Assembly: GCA_021413905.1 (NCBI GenBank)
Contig: JAIOPO010000001.1
Location: 9,159-73,158 of the forward strand
From: Candidatus Nomurabacteria bacterium
GTDB taxonomy: Bacteria > Patescibacteriota > Minisyncoccia > Phycocordibacterales > UBA9973
DNA: 64,000 nt
Reading direction: 5' to 3'
The notes below the pieces were generated by a model that saw only the letters and a program-made list of their open reading frames with translations, had not been told where the DNA came from and searched no databases. This document shows positions 1 to 10,421 of the stretch, piece after piece. The position numbers and the translations under genes are program-made. Each line of letters starts with the position of its first letter. Position 1 is the first letter of the stretch.

Positions 1-1
1 T

Positions 2-994
2 ACTAGTGTTTCTGGAATTTATACTTTAACTTATACTGCAACTGACATCGCGTTAAATGAAAGTACTACTACGCGAATAGTTGTAGTAGATACTGGTACA
101 AAATTAAATCAGCCGAAATCTGTTTTTGTTTCCGGAAACTATGCGTATGTTGTTTCAGAGAGTAGTAATTCTCTTGAAATTATTGATATTTCTAGCCCTG
201 AAAATCCAAAACATAGAAGCTCTATTTCGCATGGTGCGAATGGGCTTGCTCTTTCTTCTCCTAAATCTGTTTTTGTGTCTGATGATTACGCCTACGTAGT
301 TTCTTATAGTAATAATTTAAATATTTTTGATGTCAGTGACCCTATTTCACCTACTTTAGTAGGTACCATTAGTAATGGCGATGGAAACGCTGGTCTTGAT
401 AAGCCTATTTATGTTTTGGTTGTAGATGATTATGCTTATGTTGTTTCATTTGGAGGGCATAATGTAGAGATTATTGATGTTAGTAGTCCATCTTCTCCAT
501 CTCACATAAGTTCAGTGCCATTTGGCTTACCTATAACTACAACCGCCTTGGCTGTTGTGGGTGATTATTTATATGCAACTTTTTGGAACATTGGTAATGT
601 TGGAGGTGGTTTGAAAATTTTTAATGTATCAGACCCATTTTCTCCTGTATTTAGCGGGAATTTAGAACATAACACAGATGGATCTTCTATTGATAACCCG
701 CAATCAGTTTTTGTTGATGATGATTATGCATATATAACTTCAAGAGGAGCAAATACTTTTGAAATTGTTGATGTATCAAATGCAGATGCTCCATTTCATG
801 TAGGAAATATTAGTCATGGTTCTGGTGACGCTGCTCTCTTAGCTCCCATAAATGCTTTTGTGGACAATAATTATGCCTACGTGGTCTCATTTGTAGGAGA
901 TACTTTGGAAGTTTTAGACATTTCTGACCCTTCCAGCCCAACACATGTTAGCACTTTAACTGATGGTCAAGATGGTGCAGAACTTTCTAGGTGA
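2..994 (+). CDS. LVIVD-repeat (beta-propeller) surface protein, 5'-partial, preceded by the end of an Ig-like module; 3' end frameshifted
   Basis: Frame is open from position 2 (TSVSGIYTLTYTATD...TTRIVVV). Repeated VxxxYAYV...LEIxDVSxPxxP units follow. An out-of-frame repeat tail continues at 990-1070. Confidence 0.8.
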   Translation, partial: TSVSGIYTLTYTATDIALNESTTTRIVVVDTGTKLNQPKSVFVSGNYAYVVSESSNSLEIIDISSPENPKHRSSISHGANGLALSSPKSVFVSDDYAYVVSYSNNLNIFDVSDPISPTLVGTISNGDGNAGLDKPIYVLVVDDYAYVVSFGGHNVEIIDVSSPSSPSHISSVPFGLPITTTALAVVGDYLYATFWNIGNVGGGLKIFNVSDPFSPVFSGNLEHNTDGSSIDNPQSVFVDDDYAYITSRGANTFEIVDVSNADAPFHVGNISHGSGDAALLAPINAFVDNNYAYVVSFVGDTLEVLDISDPSSPTHVSTLTDGQDGAELSR

Positions 995-1092
995 TGCACT
1001 TGAAATTGTCGATATTTCAAATCCAAACAATCCTACCCATGTGAGTAAAATATTAGACGGAGAGTTTTAAATTATTATTAATGTATATACTA

Positions 1093-1109
1093 ATTCGCCC
1101 GAATAGGTA
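1093..1109. promoter_or_regulatory. Palindromic repeat ATTCGCCCGAATAGGTA, copy 1 (putative ArsR operator)
   Basis: Identical 17-mer at 1432-1448; core ATTCG-CC-CGAAT is an inverted repeat; lies upstream of the arsR -10 box. Confidence 0.6.
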
Positions 1110-1150
1110 AATATAGTATTTGTGAATATTAAATTTGATATAATATTTAT

Positions 1151-1417
1151 ATGAATCATAAAGAGTTAGAGAAAGTTTTAAAAGCACTTGCCAATAGACG
1201 GCGTATTGCTATTCTTAAGTGTCTGAAACATTTAAATAAAGCATCCGTTGGGGTTGTTGCGAGTGAAATAAAATTATCTTTTAGAGCAACTTCTAGACAT
1301 CTCTCAGTTCTTTTTAGTGCAGATATTCTTGAAAAAGAACAATCAGGTCTTATGGTTTTATATTTCATATCTAAAGATAAAAATCCAATTGTTTCAAAAT
1401 TGTTATCAATTATTTAA
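1151..1417 (+). CDS. ArsR/SmtB family winged-HTH transcriptional regulator
   Basis: LKALANRRRIAIL...SVGVVASEIKLSFRATSRHLSVL pattern, 88 aa. Confidence 0.85.
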   Translation: MNHKELEKVLKALANRRRIAILKCLKHLNKASVGVVASEIKLSFRATSRHLSVLFSADILEKEQSGLMVLYFISKDKNPIVSKLLSII

Positions 1418-1431
1418 TTTTTTATATACAT

Positions 1432-1448
1432 ATTCGCCCGAATAGGTA
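1432..1448. promoter_or_regulatory. Palindromic repeat ATTCGCCCGAATAGGTA, copy 2
   Basis: Exact copy of 1093-1109, between arsR and the next gene. Confidence 0.6.
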
Positions 1449-1464
1449 TATATATATTGATTTA

Positions 1465-1842
1465 ATGAAAAAGACATCAAAAGTTAAAGCTAAAAAAAGA
1501 ACTGGCAAAGGATTGGCTAGGAAAGCTTTTAAATTTAAGAGCAGGGTTTTTGTGTGGAACTCTGGAAATATGGAAAGGACAGATGACAGCAGTTCTTGGA
1601 GGTTCGCTAGAGTGCCGGAGAATATTTCAGCCAAGATTAAGGAAATGCAAAAAGGGCGGTTGAGGAGAGGGTGGGGCGCAGTTTATGCCAAAGTTAAAAT
1701 AGGTAAGAGCGAGTGGACGACTTCGGTTTTTCCAGATAGGCATTCCGCGACATATATTTTACCGCTTAAAAAACAAATTCGTTATGAAGAAAATCTTTAT
1801 GATGGAATAGATATCAGAGTTTCTATTAAAATTTGGTTTTAA
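1465..1842 (+). CDS. DUF1905 domain protein
   Basis: W.F..VP, RRGWGAVY, IGKSEWTTSVFP, YILPLKKQIR motifs. Confidence 0.75.
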   Translation: MKKTSKVKAKKRTGKGLARKAFKFKSRVFVWNSGNMERTDDSSSWRFARVPENISAKIKEMQKGRLRRGWGAVYAKVKIGKSEWTTSVFPDRHSATYILPLKKQIRYEENLYDGIDIRVSIKIWF

Positions 1843-1865
1843 AATAAATGTAGTATAATTAATTT

Positions 1866-2198
1866 ATGAATAAAATAGCATTTGTAATAATTTTTGCTTG
1901 TTTTGTTTTGGGAGCTTTTTATTTTTTTGAATTAAAGAAAGATGAAGTATTGAACCCTCCGTCCATGTCTGATGAAAAAATTTTAGTGGCAAAGTATATT
2001 CGTGACAATATAAAAATCATTGTTCCTGAAAAGCCAGTTTTAGGTGGGGCTTGGTATGTGGTTGAGTTAAGCCTTGATTCAACATCTAAGACAGGCAGTA
2101 TGACTTATGAAGATGGACATATTCAAAATAAGGCAACTTTTTCTTATGTATTAAACAACGAGGTGGTTTTAGTTAGAGATTTTAAGAAATTAAGATAA
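1866..2198 (+). CDS. Hypothetical protein with N-terminal membrane anchor
   Basis: N-terminal hydrophobic stretch; PVLGGAWYV/YEDGH motifs; TATAAT-N6-ATG start. Confidence 0.65.
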   Translation: MNKIAFVIIFACFVLGAFYFFELKKDEVLNPPSMSDEKILVAKYIRDNIKIIVPEKPVLGGAWYVVELSLDSTSKTGSMTYEDGHIQNKATFSYVLNNEVVLVRDFKKLR

Positions 2199-2306
2199 TC
2201 TACTTCTTTTGAAGAAAATGGGGTTGTACCTATAGGGGGCTATTTAATAAAGGAATAGTGTGCTATAATGGTAAGATATTAATAATTAATAGAGAAATAT
2301 AAATAT

Positions 2307-2564
2307 ATGGCAGATAAAAAAGTTTCCGCATTCATGAAACCAATGAATGTAAGCGATGAGTTAGCAGAAGTTGTCGGCAAGGGTCCTATGCCTCGTTCTG
2401 AGGTTGTTAAGGCTTTGTGGGTTTATATTAAGAAGAATAATCTTCAAGACCCAAAGAATAAGCGTAACATTAATGCTGATGCGAAGTTAAAGGCAGTATT
2501 TGGTGGTAAGGGAGTAGTAAATATGTTTGAAATGACTAAGCTTGTTTCAAAACATCTTTCATAA
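2307..2564 (+). CDS. Stand-alone SWIB/MDM2 domain protein
   Basis: SDELAEVVG..PMPRSEVVKALWVYIKKNNLQDPKNKRNINADAKL signature. Confidence 0.9.
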   Translation: MADKKVSAFMKPMNVSDELAEVVGKGPMPRSEVVKALWVYIKKNNLQDPKNKRNINADAKLKAVFGGKGVVNMFEMTKLVSKHLS

Positions 2565-2582
2565 TTTCATATTGTTTTAAAC

Positions 2583-3130
2583 TTAGGAGAGCTCCAAGGA
2601 ATGTAAAAATTTCTGGAGCTCTTCGCCTTTTATCTCTCTATGTGAGCCAGGAGATAACTTGCCAAGTTCTATATTCATAACTCGGACTCTTTTTAAATCT
2701 TCTACTTCTTGAAAGAGGGCGACACACATCCTGCGGATTTGGTTGGACCTAAAAGCCGTTCTGTTATGCGTCCATCATTTGTGAGAATGATAAGTCCATG
2801 GGAGTCTTTATCAAGTCTGCCGACAGGAAAAATATCTTTTACAGCTACGACTTGTTTAATTTCTTTTTCATTACCTTGAGCGGAATGTGTTACCACACCT
2901 TTGGGTTTGTTATAAGCTATGTATATGTAAGGTTTTTGCTTACCACGGAAGCGCACTTCAACTTGGTCCGTCTCTAAAACTTTATCTCCCAAGACTGCAA
3001 GCCTGCCATTTATGAAAACTTTTTTCTCATTGATTAATTCATCCGCACCTCTTCTGGTGGAGTGCTTTTTAAATGCCAAGTATTTGTTTATACGCATTGG
3101 AAAAGAGAAATCTTTTTGGATGTTTACCAT
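2583..3130 (-). pseudogene. RsuA/RluB/E/F-family rRNA pseudouridine synthase, internally deleted and frameshifted
   Basis: S4 domain plus NKPKG and GRLD motifs in ORF 2702-3148. The C-terminal part (NQIRRMC...LKRVRVMNIELGKL) is in another frame at 2744-2583. The middle section is missing. Confidence 0.8.
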
Positions 3131-3190
3131 AGATTGGCAGTATAGCATTTTTTAAGCTATACGTTGTTATTTAGTAAAAATATTTAGATG

Positions 3191-3535
3191 CTATTTTTGT
3201 TCGGGTTCTTTGCGAGAAGAATCCATTCTTTCTTTTATTTGAGCTAGGACTTTTTGGAATTCTTTTTCTTGAGCGTCTCGCCTTTGTCTTTGGATACTCA
3301 AATCTTCATGAGTAGAAGGTCTTGGTCTCTTTTGGCTTTTTCTCTGTATTGTAGGTTTCTTTGGTCTTTCTTTTTGCTCACTTTCTATAGGAGTTAAATC
3401 TTTTGATTTATCCCAATCCCTTATTCTTTTTTCCAGTAATGGGTCTCTTGCCCTTTCTGCTGCCATTGGAGTTGGCTTTTTGTCTTTGCCAATGAAATCT
3501 AGAAAAGGTTTATTACTTTTAGGAAAGTCTTCCAT
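3191..3535 (-). CDS. Hypothetical charged protein
   Basis: 114-aa ORF with TATAAT 7 nt before the ATG. Confidence 0.55.
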   Translation of the reverse strand: MEDFPKSNKPFLDFIGKDKKPTPMAAERARDPLLEKRIRDWDKSKDLTPIESEQKERPKKPTIQRKSQKRPRPSTHEDLSIQRQRRDAQEKEFQKVLAQIKERMDSSRKEPEQK

Positions 3536-3632
3536 GTCTATTATTATATAAAATGAAATTTATTTATACAATCCTATCAAAACGAGGACATTCTTTCTAT
3601 TTTTAGAAAATTAATGTAAAGTAGAAACTCAT

Positions 3633-5111
3633 ATGGCACACGGGGAAGCAATTATAAGATTTGATAAGGTTTCATTTAATTATGGACACAACAAGCCTAT
3701 TTTAGACGAGGTTAGCTTTTCTGTGCGTCGTGGGATGAAGGCTACTATTGTCGGACAAAATGGTGCTGGTAAAAGCACAATTTTTTCTTTAATTACAGGA
3801 GAAAAAAAGCCAGAAGAAGGACAGATTCATTTAGCGCCTAAAATAGCTATTGCGATTTCTAGGCAAGTTATCCCTAGAAGCGAGCTTGAGTTAACAGTAC
3901 GGGAATTTTTCCAGAAATGTTTCTCTGAAAAAGTTTATGACATTGACCCTAGAATAGATGATGTTTTAGAAGTGGTTAATTTAAAAGGTCATGAAAAAGT
4001 TCACGATAGAGTAATTAAAACATTTTCTGGTGGTCAACAAGCCCGCCTTTTACTTGCGTCTGCTTTAATTCAAGAGCCAGATATTTTGCTTTTAGATGAA
4101 CCGACAAATAATTTAGACAAAGCAGGCATCGCACACCTGACTGACTTTTTAGTGAAATACAAAAAAACGGTTATTGTGATTTCACACGATGCGGAATTTT
4201 TAAATGCTTTTACGGAGAGCGTGTTATACCTTGATGTTTATACAAAAAAAGTAGAATACTATGTTGGAAATTATTTTAATGTGATAAAAGATATTTCTGC
4301 GCGAGTGGAAAAAGAAAATATGAAGAACGCTCAGCTCGCAAAAGAAATTCAAGCCAAGAAAGACCAAGCCAATGTGTTTGCGCATAAAGGTGGAGGCTTG
4401 AGACTTGTGGCTAGAAGAATGCGCGAAAAAGCAGAAGAATTAGAAGAAGAAATGGTGGAGGTTAGAAAAGAAGATAAAACTATCAGACCTTTTATTATTC
4501 CATGCCAAGAAGATATAAATGGTGAGCTGGTTAATATTACATCTTTAAGTATTGTTAATCCGAAGACTCATAAAATAGTAGCGCGCAAGGCCTTGGTATC
4601 TTTGAAAAAGAAAACCCATCTTTTGCTTTCGGGTCCAAACGGTATTGGCAAAAGCACCCTTTTAGAATCATTGGCAAAAGGAGAGGCAAAGGGAGCTAAA
4701 ATAACTCCTGGAATTCGGGTGGGTTATTATCGGCAAGATTTTTCTACATTAAACTTTGAAGATACGGTTCGGGAGTCGCTCACTAAAGTTTTAAAAGAAG
4801 TCACTGGTAAAATTGATGAAGAATATATGCGTAGTGTGGCGGCCAGCTTTTTGATTACCAGTGATGTTATTAATACAAAAATAGGGGATTTATCGGAAGG
4901 GCAGAAAGGTTTAGTGGCTTTTGCGCGACTTGTGCTAGAACGCCCTGGTATCCTTATTTTAGACGAGCCTACAAACCACATCAATTTCCGACATTTACCC
5001 ATCATAGCCAAAGCATTAGACCAATATGAGGGGGCTATGATTTTAGTTAGTCACGTGCCTGATTTTGTGGCTCAAATACGTATTGACGAAACTCTAGATT
5101 TGGAGAAGTAG
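3633..5111 (+). CDS. ABC-F family ATP-binding protein
   Basis: Two ABC domains (GQNGAGKS, FSGGQ, LLLDEPTN; GPNGIGKS, LSEGQ, LDEPTNH), a linker and no TM segments. Confidence 0.9.
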   Translation: MAHGEAIIRFDKVSFNYGHNKPILDEVSFSVRRGMKATIVGQNGAGKSTIFSLITGEKKPEEGQIHLAPKIAIAISRQVIPRSELELTVREFFQKCFSEKVYDIDPRIDDVLEVVNLKGHEKVHDRVIKTFSGGQQARLLLASALIQEPDILLLDEPTNNLDKAGIAHLTDFLVKYKKTVIVISHDAEFLNAFTESVLYLDVYTKKVEYYVGNYFNVIKDISARVEKENMKNAQLAKEIQAKKDQANVFAHKGGGLRLVARRMREKAEELEEEMVEVRKEDKTIRPFIIPCQEDINGELVNITSLSIVNPKTHKIVARKALVSLKKKTHLLLSGPNGIGKSTLLESLAKGEAKGAKITPGIRVGYYRQDFSTLNFEDTVRESLTKVLKEVTGKIDEEYMRSVAASFLITSDVINTKIGDLSEGQKGLVAFARLVLERPGILILDEPTNHINFRHLPIIAKALDQYEGAMILVSHVPDFVAQIRIDETLDLEK

Positions 5112-5175
5112 ATTATTTAATTGAAATATCAAAAATGGTATAATTAACTTAGGTTATTATTAACTTAAAAAAGCC

Positions 5176-5583
5176 ATGGATAAATTATTTAATAGAGTTG
5201 TGCATTTTGAAATACATGCTCTGGACCCAGAGCGAGCAATAAAATTTTATACGGAAGTTTTTGATTGGAGTATAAAAAAATGGGAAGCGACTAGTGTTGA
5301 GTATTGGTTGGTTGCAACTTGTCCCGAAAATACACCAAATAGTATTAATGGCGGGCTTGTGAGAAGAAAAGGCGCCGCGCCAGCTGAAAACGCCCCGATT
5401 AGTGGCTGTGTTTGTGTGCTTAGTGTAAAAAATATTGATGAGACCCTAAAAAAAGTTACGGAAAAAGGTGGACGTGTAGCCATCCCTAAATCTGAAGTTC
5501 CTAATATTGGATTTTTAGCTTATTTTGAAGATACAGAAAGGAATATTTTCGGCATCTGGCAAGATGCTAAAAATACTAGATAA
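5176..5583 (+). CDS. VOC/glyoxalase family protein
   Basis: VVHFEI...FY..VFDW, INGGL, GG.V..PK..VP.IG.LAYF.DTE.N.FG motifs. Confidence 0.9.
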   Translation: MDKLFNRVVHFEIHALDPERAIKFYTEVFDWSIKKWEATSVEYWLVATCPENTPNSINGGLVRRKGAAPAENAPISGCVCVLSVKNIDETLKKVTEKGGRVAIPKSEVPNIGFLAYFEDTERNIFGIWQDAKNTR

Positions 5584-5612
5584 ATAAAGGTTAAATTGAT
5601 GTTTTAGGTTGC

Positions 5613-5641
5613 TTGACACTGGTTTTGGCTTAGTATATACT
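5613..5641 (+). promoter_or_regulatory. Sigma70-type promoter of the 16S rRNA gene
   Basis: TTGACA (5613-5618), 17-bp spacer, TATACT (5636-5641); boxA-like TCTTTGACA near 5691. Confidence 0.8.
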
Positions 5642-5932
5642 CTCCCTTAGGCGTCGTATCCATTTGGATAGGCGTTTTTGTTTCAATGTATCTTTGACAA
5701 TTGAATATTCCGAGAGCGTTCCGCTCTCGGAAAAGCCTACTTTTACTTAGGAGTAAGAGGTAGGCAAGAACATGTGCAAGTTTGTTTGTTTTTTGAGTAA
5801 AATAATTTTTAGAGCAAAAGATTAAACTCTAACGAGCAACAAAAATGATTTCTAATTATGTTTCCGTGTCATAGACATTGAGGAGCGTAGCGACGAAATG
5901 CTGTTTTTTGTTTTGTTTCGTTCTAATTAACT

Positions 5933-7500
<1,568 letters not shown>

Positions 7501-7710
7501 TTTGAAAAATGTCCCAACATTAATTTATTAATTGTTGATGATCTCGCCATAAGCGATTTCTAAATCTCGGATGAGATTGGATTAATTGAGTCGGTATTGT
7601 GTAGCTCAATTGACTACACAATGGACAATGATTCTACGTCCTAAAAAGAATATGACAACAAGGGAAAGACCCGAGTTAATAGAACGAAACAAAACAAAGC
7701 ACAGCAAAAA

Positions 7711-7735
7711 CAAAATCGCCCAAAAGGCGATTTTG
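7711..7735 (+). terminator. Intrinsic terminator after the 16S transcript
   Basis: CAAAATCGCC-CAAAA-GGCGATTTTG hairpin. Confidence 0.7.
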
Positions 7736-7759
7736 TGCTATAAATAAGAAATATAATTT

Positions 7760-10351
7760 ATGCAAAAAAACAAAGCAACAACTGAAGGTAGCATTATCGT
7801 CAAAGGCGCACGAACGCACAATTTGAAAAATGTGACGGTGGAAATGCCTCGCGGGAAAATGATAGTTTTTACCGGTCTTTCAGGTTCCGGAAAAAGTTCA
7901 TTGGCTTTTGATACTATTTTTGCCGAGGGACAAAGACGATATGTGGAATCTCTTTCTTCTTATGCGCGACAATTTTTAAAACAAATGGCAAAGCCGGACG
8001 TGGATGAGATAGAAGGATTAAGTCCTGCGATTTCAATTGATCAAAAATCTAGATCAAACAATCCGCGTTCGACAGTGGCGACTATCACAGAGATTTATGA
8101 TTATCTTCGTGTTCTTTATGCGCGCGTGGGGCGTCCGCATTGTTTGACGTGCGGAGATGAAATAAAAAAACTTTCAAATGAAGAAATTATAAAATTCGTG
8201 ATGGAGAAAATTTCTAAACTTTCCGGTGGAAAAAAGAAAGTGATGGGCGTGGAATTCGACGATACTCCGATACAAATATTTGCTCCAATGGTGCGAGGCA
8301 GAAAAGGCGAATACTATCAATTGCTTTATGATTTGCTTGGCAAAGGATATACCAAGGTCCGCGTGGATGGCACGATGAAGATTTTACGTGAACGTATTGA
8401 TTTATCAAAAACAAAAAAACATGATATTGATGTCTTGGTTGATGAATTTTCTGCGCATGAATTTGCGGTGAAAGATATGAAAGATGTCGAACTGCGTTTA
8501 TCTGAATCAGTCGAGCGAGCATTGTTGGAATCAGACGGATTGATAAAAGTTTTAATAAATAAAGAAGAAACTTTATTATCTGCAAAATTTTCTTGCCCGA
8601 AAGACGGCTTTTCTTTTCCAGAAATAGAACCACGTCTTTTCTCTTTCAATTCTCCACACGGAGCTTGCCCTGAATGTCATGGACTTGGCACAAAACATAT
8701 GTTTGGCGAAGATACTTGTGATGAGTGTAAGGGTGCGAGACTTCGCCCAGAAGCGTTGAAAGTATTTTTATCTGACAAAGAAATCAGTATCGTGGATTTT
8801 ACCGCAATGTCTATCGAAGATGCAGTATTATTTTTTAATAAATTAAAATTAACAGCGCAAGAGCGTGAAATATCTGCAGTATTATTGAGGGAGATTTCTT
8901 CGCGTTTGGAATTTCTTTTAAATGTAGGTTTGGAATATTTATCGCTCGATAGACGAGCAAATACTTTATCCGGCGGAGAAGCTCAGAGAATTCGCTTGGC
9001 TTCACAACTCGGTTCACGCCTTGTCGGAGCATTGTATGTTTTAGATGAGCCAACAATTGGTTTACATCAGAGAGACAATGAAAGACTTATTAAAACGCTT
9101 ACGGATTTGCGTGATTTAGGTAATACTATAATAGTCGTGGAGCATGATGAGGATACCATTTACTCTTCGGATTTTATTGTAGACATTGGTCCAAAAGCCG
9201 GAGTGCACGGCGGGGAAATAATCGTTGCGGATTATTTGGATAAACTTTTAACCGCACCGAAAAATACTTCAAAGTCTAGAACACTCGCATATTTGAGAGA
9301 AGAAGCAAGAATAGAAATTCCGGAAAAAAGACGTGAAGCAGAAAAAGGTAGTATTAAAATAGTCGGTGGTAAAATTTTCAGTATTAAAAATTTAAATGCG
9401 GAAATACCGCTCGGCAGGTTGGTTTCTATCACCGGTGTTTCCGGCTCAGGTAAAAGTTCTTTTATGTATGAGATTTTACATAAGAATTTGCAAGCCAGAT
9501 TTGAAAGAAAATATCGTAGTGCACAGACTTTTAATTGCGCATCTTTTTCTGGAAGCGAATATTTACAACGTGCAGTATTAATAGACCAAAGTCCTATAGG
9601 CAGAACACCGAGATCAAATATTGCGACTTATACTGGAGCATTTACTTTCATTCGTGATTTATTCGCGGAGACAGAAGAAGCGCGTTTCAGAGGCTGGAAG
9701 TCAAATAGATTTTCTTTCAATGTAAAAGGTGGACGATGCGAAGCTTGCGAAGGTAATGGTGAAATAGCTGTGGAGATGCATTTTTTGCCGACAGTTTATG
9801 TGACTTGTGATGTCTGCAATGGAAAAAGATTCGATAAAGAAACTTTGAAAGTAAAATATAAAAAGAAAAATATTTATGAAGTTTTGCAAATGACCGTGGA
9901 GGAGGGCTTGAAATTCTTTGAAGATATTCCTGCTATTTCTGATAGATTGAATAGCTTGGCTGATGTTGGATTAACTTATGTAAAATTAGGACAAAGCGCA
10001 ACGACGCTTTCTGGCGGAGAAGCGCAACGCGTGAAAATCTCCAGCGAGCTTTTCCGTCCGTATTTGGAAAAGACGATTTATCTTTTAGACGAGCCGACTG
10101 TGGGCTTGCATTATGATGATGTTCAGAATTTGATAAATGTTTTGGAAAAATTGGTACACAAGGGGCATAGTGTGGTAGTCATTGAGCACAATATGGATTT
10201 AATAAAATCTTCTGATTATATTTTAGACTTTGGTCCTGAAGGGGGAGATAAAGGTGGTATGTTAATAGCCAAAGGTACACCGGAACAAGTGGCGAATAAT
10301 AATAAAAGTTTCACCGGACAGTATCTTAAAAAAGTTTTAAGGAAGAAATAA
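7760..10351 (+). CDS. uvrA: Excinuclease ABC subunit A
   Basis: GLSGSGKSSLAFDT, Zn fingers, two LSGGEAQR signatures, GVSGSGKS. Confidence 0.97.
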   Translation: MQKNKATTEGSIIVKGARTHNLKNVTVEMPRGKMIVFTGLSGSGKSSLAFDTIFAEGQRRYVESLSSYARQFLKQMAKPDVDEIEGLSPAISIDQKSRSNNPRSTVATITEIYDYLRVLYARVGRPHCLTCGDEIKKLSNEEIIKFVMEKISKLSGGKKKVMGVEFDDTPIQIFAPMVRGRKGEYYQLLYDLLGKGYTKVRVDGTMKILRERIDLSKTKKHDIDVLVDEFSAHEFAVKDMKDVELRLSESVERALLESDGLIKVLINKEETLLSAKFSCPKDGFSFPEIEPRLFSFNSPHGACPECHGLGTKHMFGEDTCDECKGARLRPEALKVFLSDKEISIVDFTAMSIEDAVLFFNKLKLTAQEREISAVLLREISSRLEFLLNVGLEYLSLDRRANTLSGGEAQRIRLASQLGSRLVGALYVLDEPTIGLHQRDNERLIKTLTDLRDLGNTIIVVEHDEDTIYSSDFIVDIGPKAGVHGGEIIVADYLDKLLTAPKNTSKSRTLAYLREEARIEIPEKRREAEKGSIKIVGGKIFSIKNLNAEIPLGRLVSITGVSGSGKSSFMYEILHKNLQARFERKYRSAQTFNCASFSGSEYLQRAVLIDQSPIGRTPRSNIATYTGAFTFIRDLFAETEEARFRGWKSNRFSFNVKGGRCEACEGNGEIAVEMHFLPTVYVTCDVCNGKRFDKETLKVKYKKKNIYEVLQMTVEEGLKFFEDIPAISDRLNSLADVGLTYVKLGQSATTLSGGEAQRVKISSELFRPYLEKTIYLLDEPTVGLHYDDVQNLINVLEKLVHKGHSVVVIEHNMDLIKSSDYILDFGPEGGDKGGMLIAKGTPEQVANNNKSFTGQYLKKVLRKK

Positions 10352-10358
10352 GGGGAAG

Positions 10359-10394
10359 CTTGCCCTGTAGTGAGCTTTGCTCTACTGCGGGGTA
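10359..10394. repeat. REP-like hairpin CTTGCCCTGTAG...CTACTGCGGGGTA
   Basis: GC-rich imperfect hairpin between uvrA and uvrC; shares a CYTGCCC end with the inserts in uvrC and lepA. Confidence 0.55.
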
Positions 10395-10421
10395 TTTGAA
10401 AAAAGTACTTAGAAAATAAAT

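Noticed and set aside
5878-5900. TTGAGGAGCGTAGCGACGAAATG, reminiscent of a REP-like motif
   Set aside because: Single partial copy within the structured rRNA leader; cannot be supported as a repeat from this window.
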